From: Octopus bimaculoides
Taxonomy: Eukaryota
Length of the DNA stretch: 54,603 nucleotides
Direction of reading: 5' to 3'
Assembly: GCF_001194135.2 (NCBI RefSeq)
Contig: NC_068981.1
Location: 93,362,443 to 93,417,045, forward strand
Part shown: piece by piece, positions 49,421 through 54,603 of the stretch
Layout of the letters: every line of letters starts with the position of its first letter
Position numbering within the stretch: position 1 is the stretch's first letter
Made by a program: the position numbers and the translations under genes
The notes under the pieces: generated by a model
The model's input: only the letters and a program-made list of their open reading frames with translations
What the model was told of the DNA's origin: nothing
Database searches by the model: none

Positions 49421-50514
49421 CCTTCCATATTCTCTTTATTCTACAAACTCTTTATATCTCTAGTCACTCTATATATTTATCAATCTCTCTCCAGACTGCC
49501 AGCACTGACAAGCATAAACACATACAGGCCAGCCGGACTTTCATCGCTCACTAATGAAAGTCTGCTTTTGACAGTTCGAACTATAAGTTGTATGAAATCT
49601 CCATCAACCGGATAAATCGAATAGACAAGGAAGTTGATAAAGAGACTGCGTTCTGTCTGAGACAACCCAAGTGATCACCCAACCAACCACCTCTATATCC
49701 TTGCGATAACCAAAACGAGTTGACAGATGGACGGTTTAGGCTGTCAGACTTCTTAGAAAGTCCGAAAATGTCAGCTAAAGTGCTAGACATTTCTAATCAC
49801 TCTATTGAATGCAATCCTATTGACAAACCACACAATTTCATTAATACAAGTCGTAAATGCAATTTTCGAAAGAAACCAAAGTAGAGGGGTATTAGTAATG
49901 GTTAACTTAAAAACAAATTGTAAAAACAATGGCAAAAATTGTTAATTAAGTTTAGATTTCAATGGCATATTTATTTTTTTACATAAATTTCTTATAGTTA
50001 TTAAGAGAACTCACACTGAAGAATCGATAGAGAAAAGAACAACAAATTGAAGTTGAGTATTTCCAATCGTGTTACTAGCGCTATGACACTTAATTAAAAA
50101 CAAATAATGGTCCAGCCGTCTTAATTGAATATAGAAACACAGAGTAGGAAGTAACGTACTACAGTAAGCAGCAAAACACTAGAATAAACGAATATTTCTT
50201 TAACTGATAAACTTTATTGAATCGCTTTTGTTGTTATTACTTAGACGAATATGAACTTCGTGATGTTAATTTCTTATACTCCATCGTCATTAAACCGAAG
50301 TTTCCTGTCACGTTATTACGATTAAATAGGCTTGGGATTTTCCAACGGAACTGTACATAACGACTATGTTGGAAGTAAAGCTATAGATTTTAAAGTACTT
50401 TGTATTTTAAGTGGTTATTCATGGTTTTGTTCCTATTTTTGTTAGTAATACATCAATATTGGTACGTTCATCAACATTTGGGAACTTGTGAGCAAATATA
50501 AGACATATTTATAA

Positions 50515-50524
50515 ATAATATATA

Positions 50525-50560
<36 letters not shown>

Positions 50561-50582
50561 TGTATGTATGTATGTATGTATG

Positions 50583-50632
<50 letters not shown>

Positions 50633-50830
50633 TGTATGTATATATATATATGTGTGTGTATATATGTATATAAGCATATATATGTATATAATGTACATGT
50701 GTCTATGCGTGTGCACACAAATACACAAATACACGCACACACATATATATATTTAGATTTAGATTTATATATACATACACGTGTGTGTGTGTGTGCATGT
50801 GTGTGTTTGCATATGTATATATTTATATAT
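50515..50830. repeat. (TA)/(TATG)/(TG) compound microsatellite
   Basis: Direct inspection. Confidence 0.92.
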
Positions 50831-51625
50831 AACCGAACAGCCTGTATAACGGCCGTCTGTTTGCTGTGTATTTTATTGAATTACACCAATTGAATTATAC
50901 TGTTCTGCAATATAATTTGTATGTTTTTCGTTATTTTCTAACAAATATATAAATCATGTTTTTATCATTATTAATAGCAGTAACAGAAGTACTGGAATAG
51001 CAAAATTAATAGAAGGTTTCAGTATTTATTTTCGTCTCTCTACATAGAGGTTAAATTCAACCGGAGGCTGGATTCTCCTTTCATCATTCCTAGATCGATA
51101 AAATAAGTGATCGTTATCATTATCATCAGCAGTATCACAACCATTATCGTCATCGTCACCATAAAGTTTATTATCATTATCTCATTGATGCCATCATCAT
51201 CAATATTATCACCATCACTATCGACATCATCACGATCAACATCCTTGCTATTATTATATATTAAGATAATGGATCAGTGTCCCTAAATCTGTCGTGTTAT
51301 ACTCTAAACAATTCAAATCTTAGGGAAATGAAGTAAACCAATAGAATGGATTATCATAAATGAAGTAAATGCCTGTGTATGGAAATATTAAATGAATGAA
51401 ACTGCGCTGACGTGATCCTATATGTTGGAAACTTGTCTATTAATATCACCGTTCACGAAAACAAGGACTGGCTTTCCGTGCAAGTTTTAGAAATGTATTT
51501 TTAAATGAAACTTTAAGTTCTTGTAACCATTCTTTGTTTTATTTAAGTCCTAATGATTCTCGCAGTGCTTTTGATTTATATCTCAAAATAATTTCAATTC
51601 ATTTATATGACGCTTTTTTTCTATT

Positions 51626-51790
51626 GCGCGTGGCTTAGTGGCTAGGGTCTTGCACTCAGGATCGCTAGATCGTGCTTTCGATTTCCAGATCGAGCATTGA
51701 GTTGTGTTTTTGAGCAAAACACATCATTTCACGTTCATCCAGTACACTCAGCTGTAAATGAGTAATACTGCAATGAGCAGCCGTGCTCTT
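51626..51790 (+). mobile_element. tRNA-derived SINE 5' part (family-3-related)
   Basis: GCGCGTGGCTTAGTGG A box, degenerate B box, GTGTTTTTGAGCAAAACAC...CACTCAGCTGTAAATGAG. Confidence 0.75.
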
Positions 51791-52243
51791 CAGAGCAAGT
51801 GTTTTGATCTCGGTGACTTATACACCATGGAAAGTAACCCCATGAGTACTACGGTTTGAGACATTAACGTAAATGCAAAAACCTTTGCCTCGGTCAATAG
51901 GCTGGCGTCTCTACATAGGCTACACAAAGATTCCGTCTTTTACATATATATANNNNNNNNNNNNNNNNNNNNNNNNNNNNNNNNNNNNNNNNNNNNNNNN
52001 NNNNNNNNNNNNNNNNNNNNNNNNNNNNNNNNNNNNNNNNNNNNNNNNNNNNNNNNNNNNNNNNNNNNNNNNNNNNNNNNNNNNNNNNNNNNNNNNNNNN
52101 NNNNNNNNNNNNNNNNNNNNNNNNNNNNNNNNNNNNNNNNNNNNNNNNNNNNNNNNNNNNNNNNNNNNNNNNNNNNNNNNNNNNNNNNNNNNNNNNNNNN
52201 NNNNNNNNNNNNNNNNNTATGCATATACATACATGTATGTATA

Positions 52244-52284
<41 letters not shown>

Positions 52285-52344
52285 GTTCGTGTGTGTGTGG
52301 TGTGTGTGTGGTGTGTGTGTGGTGTGTGTGTGTACACATCACCA

Positions 52345-52890
52345 ACATAGTAGCAATGTTTGCAAGCGGACCAGAAATTTATGCTGGTTTTATTGAGGAA
52401 TTTATACACAGCTGTTTGGACTACTGTTCTCAACTATGGTTATCCACACAATGTCAAATTAATAGCGCGGAACTTTAGGCTGTTCAGCAGTGCTACACCA
52501 TGACGATTACATCAATTGAACAGTTGAGCCACCGAGAGAGACTGCAAAAGCTACGACTCTACTCACTAGAGTAAAGAAGGGAGAGGTATGCGGCGATGTT
52601 CATATGACAGATCCTCGAGGAATTAGCCCCAAACTTTAGCATCGAGTGTTATACAAGCCTCCGAACTGGACGTCACAGCACTGTTCCAAAGCTCCAATCC
52701 ATCTCGTCTATAATGATGACTATTTACTGCAATATTTTGGGATTCAAAGGCCTACAGCTATTTAATATCTTGCCAAAATATATGAGAGATCTACATAGAG
52801 TGCGAGTAGATGATTTGAAAGAAACAACTTGAGCTCCTGCTGTCCGAGGTCCCAGATGAACCTACATCGCATCAAGACTCTCATATGATT
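52345..52890 (+). mobile_element. CR1-group LINE 3' ORF2 fragment
   Basis: LDYCSQLW, ERLQKLRLYSLE*RRERY, GLQLFNILPKYMR; overlaps the end of the 38-40 kb copy. Confidence 0.88.
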
Positions 52891-52894
52891 GCGT

Positions 52895-53030
52895 GTCTGT
52901 ATTTGTTCCATCAGCATCACTTGACAACAGATGCTGGTGTGTTTAAGCCCCCATATTCTAGCGTTTCGGCAAAAGATAACGATAGAATAAGTACTAGCCT
53001 TACAAAGAATAAGTCCTGAAACAAAGTAAA
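52895..53030 (+). mobile_element. Family-2 SINE 3' half with internal deletion
   Basis: GACAACAGATGCTGGTGTG...GAATAAGTCCTG joined directly to AAACAAAGTAA. Confidence 0.8.
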
Positions 53031-53043
53031 TGAATATCATATA

Positions 53044-53080
<37 letters not shown>

Positions 53081-53639
53081 NNNNNNNNNNNNNNNNNNNN
53101 NNNNNNNNNNNNNNNNNNNNNNNNNNNNNNNNNNNNNNNNNNNNNNNNNNNNNNNNNNNNNNNNNNNNNNNNNNNNNNNNNNNNNNNNNNNNNNNNNNNN
53201 NNNNNNNNNNNNNNNNNNNNNNNNNNNNNNNNNNNNNNNNNNNNNNNNNNNNNNNNNNNNNNNNNNNNNNNNNNNNNNNNNNNNNNNNNNNNNNNNNNNN
53301 NNNNNNNNNNNNNNNNNNNNNNNNNNNNNNNNNNNNNNNNNNNNNNNNNNNNNNNNNNNNNNNNNNNNNNNNNNNNNNNNNNNNNNNNNNNNNNNNNNNN
53401 NNNNNNNNNNNNNNNNNNNNNNNNNNNNNNNNNNNNNNNNNNNNNNNNNNNNNNNNNNNNNNNNNNNNNNNNNNNNNNNNNNNNNNNNNNNNNNNNNNNN
53501 NNNNNNNNNNNNNNNNNNNNNNNNNNNNNNNNNNNNNNNNNNNNNNNNNNNNNNNNNNNNNNNNNNNNNNNNNNNNNNNNNNNNNNNNNNNNNNNNNNNN
53601 NNNNNNNNNNNNNNNNNNNNNNNNNNNNNNNNNNNTATA

Positions 53640-53645
53640 TATATA

Positions 53646-53702
<57 letters not shown>

Positions 53703-53915
53703 ATATGTTTGTGTGTCTGTGTTTGTCCCCCAACATCGCTTGACAACCGATGCTGGTGTGTTTACGTCCCCCTAACTTAGCGATTCGGCAAAAGATACCG
53801 TTACAATATGTACTAGGCTTACAGAGAATAAGTCCTGGGGTCGATTTACTCGACTAAAGGCGGTGCTCCAACATGGTCACAGTCAAATGACTGAAACAGG
53901 TAAAAGAGTAAAAGA
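53640..53915 (+). mobile_element. Family-2 SINE 3' half, starting in its internal (TG)n
   Basis: Near-identical to 8480-8726. Confidence 0.92.
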
Positions 53916-53916
53916 G

Positions 53917-53973
<57 letters not shown>

Positions 53974-54137
53974 TAGATATACATATACATATATATATAT
54001 ACAAATACATATATATTCCTGTATGAATGTGTCTATGCGTGTGTATGCGTGTATGCATATATGTATGTTTATGCACGCACACTCAAGCACACACACACAC
54101 ACGCACACACACACACACATACACACACACACATATA
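53916..54137. repeat. (ATAG)/(TA)/(CA) compound microsatellite
   Basis: Direct inspection. Confidence 0.9.
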
Positions 54138-54603
54138 NNNNNNNNNNTACGAAATTAACGCAAGTAACGCTCTGCTTAAAAAGAATAGAAACAGAGTTAC
54201 TTACCGTTCGAAAGTTCGGTTGTTCTTTCCCTTGAATGTTCGTTAAGGAGGCTGTTGTAAAGTTTTTTAGCTAGATATTTTTGGCATCCCCCTACCGCAT
54301 TGGGGTAGAGGGATTTTAAAGTGTGGTGTAATGTTGGCGTGATATGATAAATTTTTATATGATTAGGTGGCGTCGTGTATGGGTGGTTGTTTGTTTTGAT
54401 GTTGTTTTTTATGTTTGTTTTTGTATTTATGTAATTCATTAATTCTGTGTTTGTAGTGTCTATTGCTGTGAGCATGTTTTCTGTATGTGTTCTTGTGTTG
54501 TTGATGTTGTTTGTGGTATGTTTGGAGACGATGGTTTCGGGAGATGTATATCTCCCTGCTTTGTTGGTGTTTGCATTTGGTTTGGTTCTTTTTTACTCCT
54601 TTT

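Noticed and set aside
49480-49665. ORF ending SLERD, considered as protocadherin-like
   Set aside because: No DxD, LDRE, AxDxGxP or DxNDN motifs.
3018-54246. Long track ORFs rich in X, or in HT/CV/YI/SL/I/V/T/N runs
   Set aside because: Translations of N gaps and microsatellites; no coding support.

Overview
AT-rich, repeat-dominated eukaryotic genomic DNA from a gapped short-read-type assembly (13 N runs, most flanked by microsatellites). The SINE families look to me like octopus (coleoid cephalopod) repeats; this is recall, not a database result. No intact protein-coding gene is supported. Recognisable content: at least four tRNA-derived SINE families; four decayed mariner pieces, one near full length with TIRs (12126-13316); four R4/Dong-clade non-LTR pieces clustered in trinucleotide arrays (14.9-20.4 kb); CR1-group LINE fragments (38.1-40.3, 44.2-44.6, 45.5-45.8, 52.3-52.9 kb); and Penelope-like (PLE) GIY-YIG remnants (23.2 and 46.8-47.3 kb). 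The most interesting signals are RNA-structural. (1) 1007-1482: a tRNA-like Pol III head leads into a minimal hammerhead-ribozyme (HHR) terminus, with an inverted copy of that terminus upstream, i.e. a candidate PLE-dependent SINE or retrozyme. (2) 22936-23697: a truncated PLE whose inverted terminal repeats each carry an identical 35-nt minimal hammerhead with a compensatory A3:U8 core variant. Two short insertions appear copied from donors 2 kb and 5 kb away, and a weak series of minus-strand candidate exons lies at 24.8-32.4 kb. Most ORFs in the supplied track are microsatellite or N-gap artefacts.
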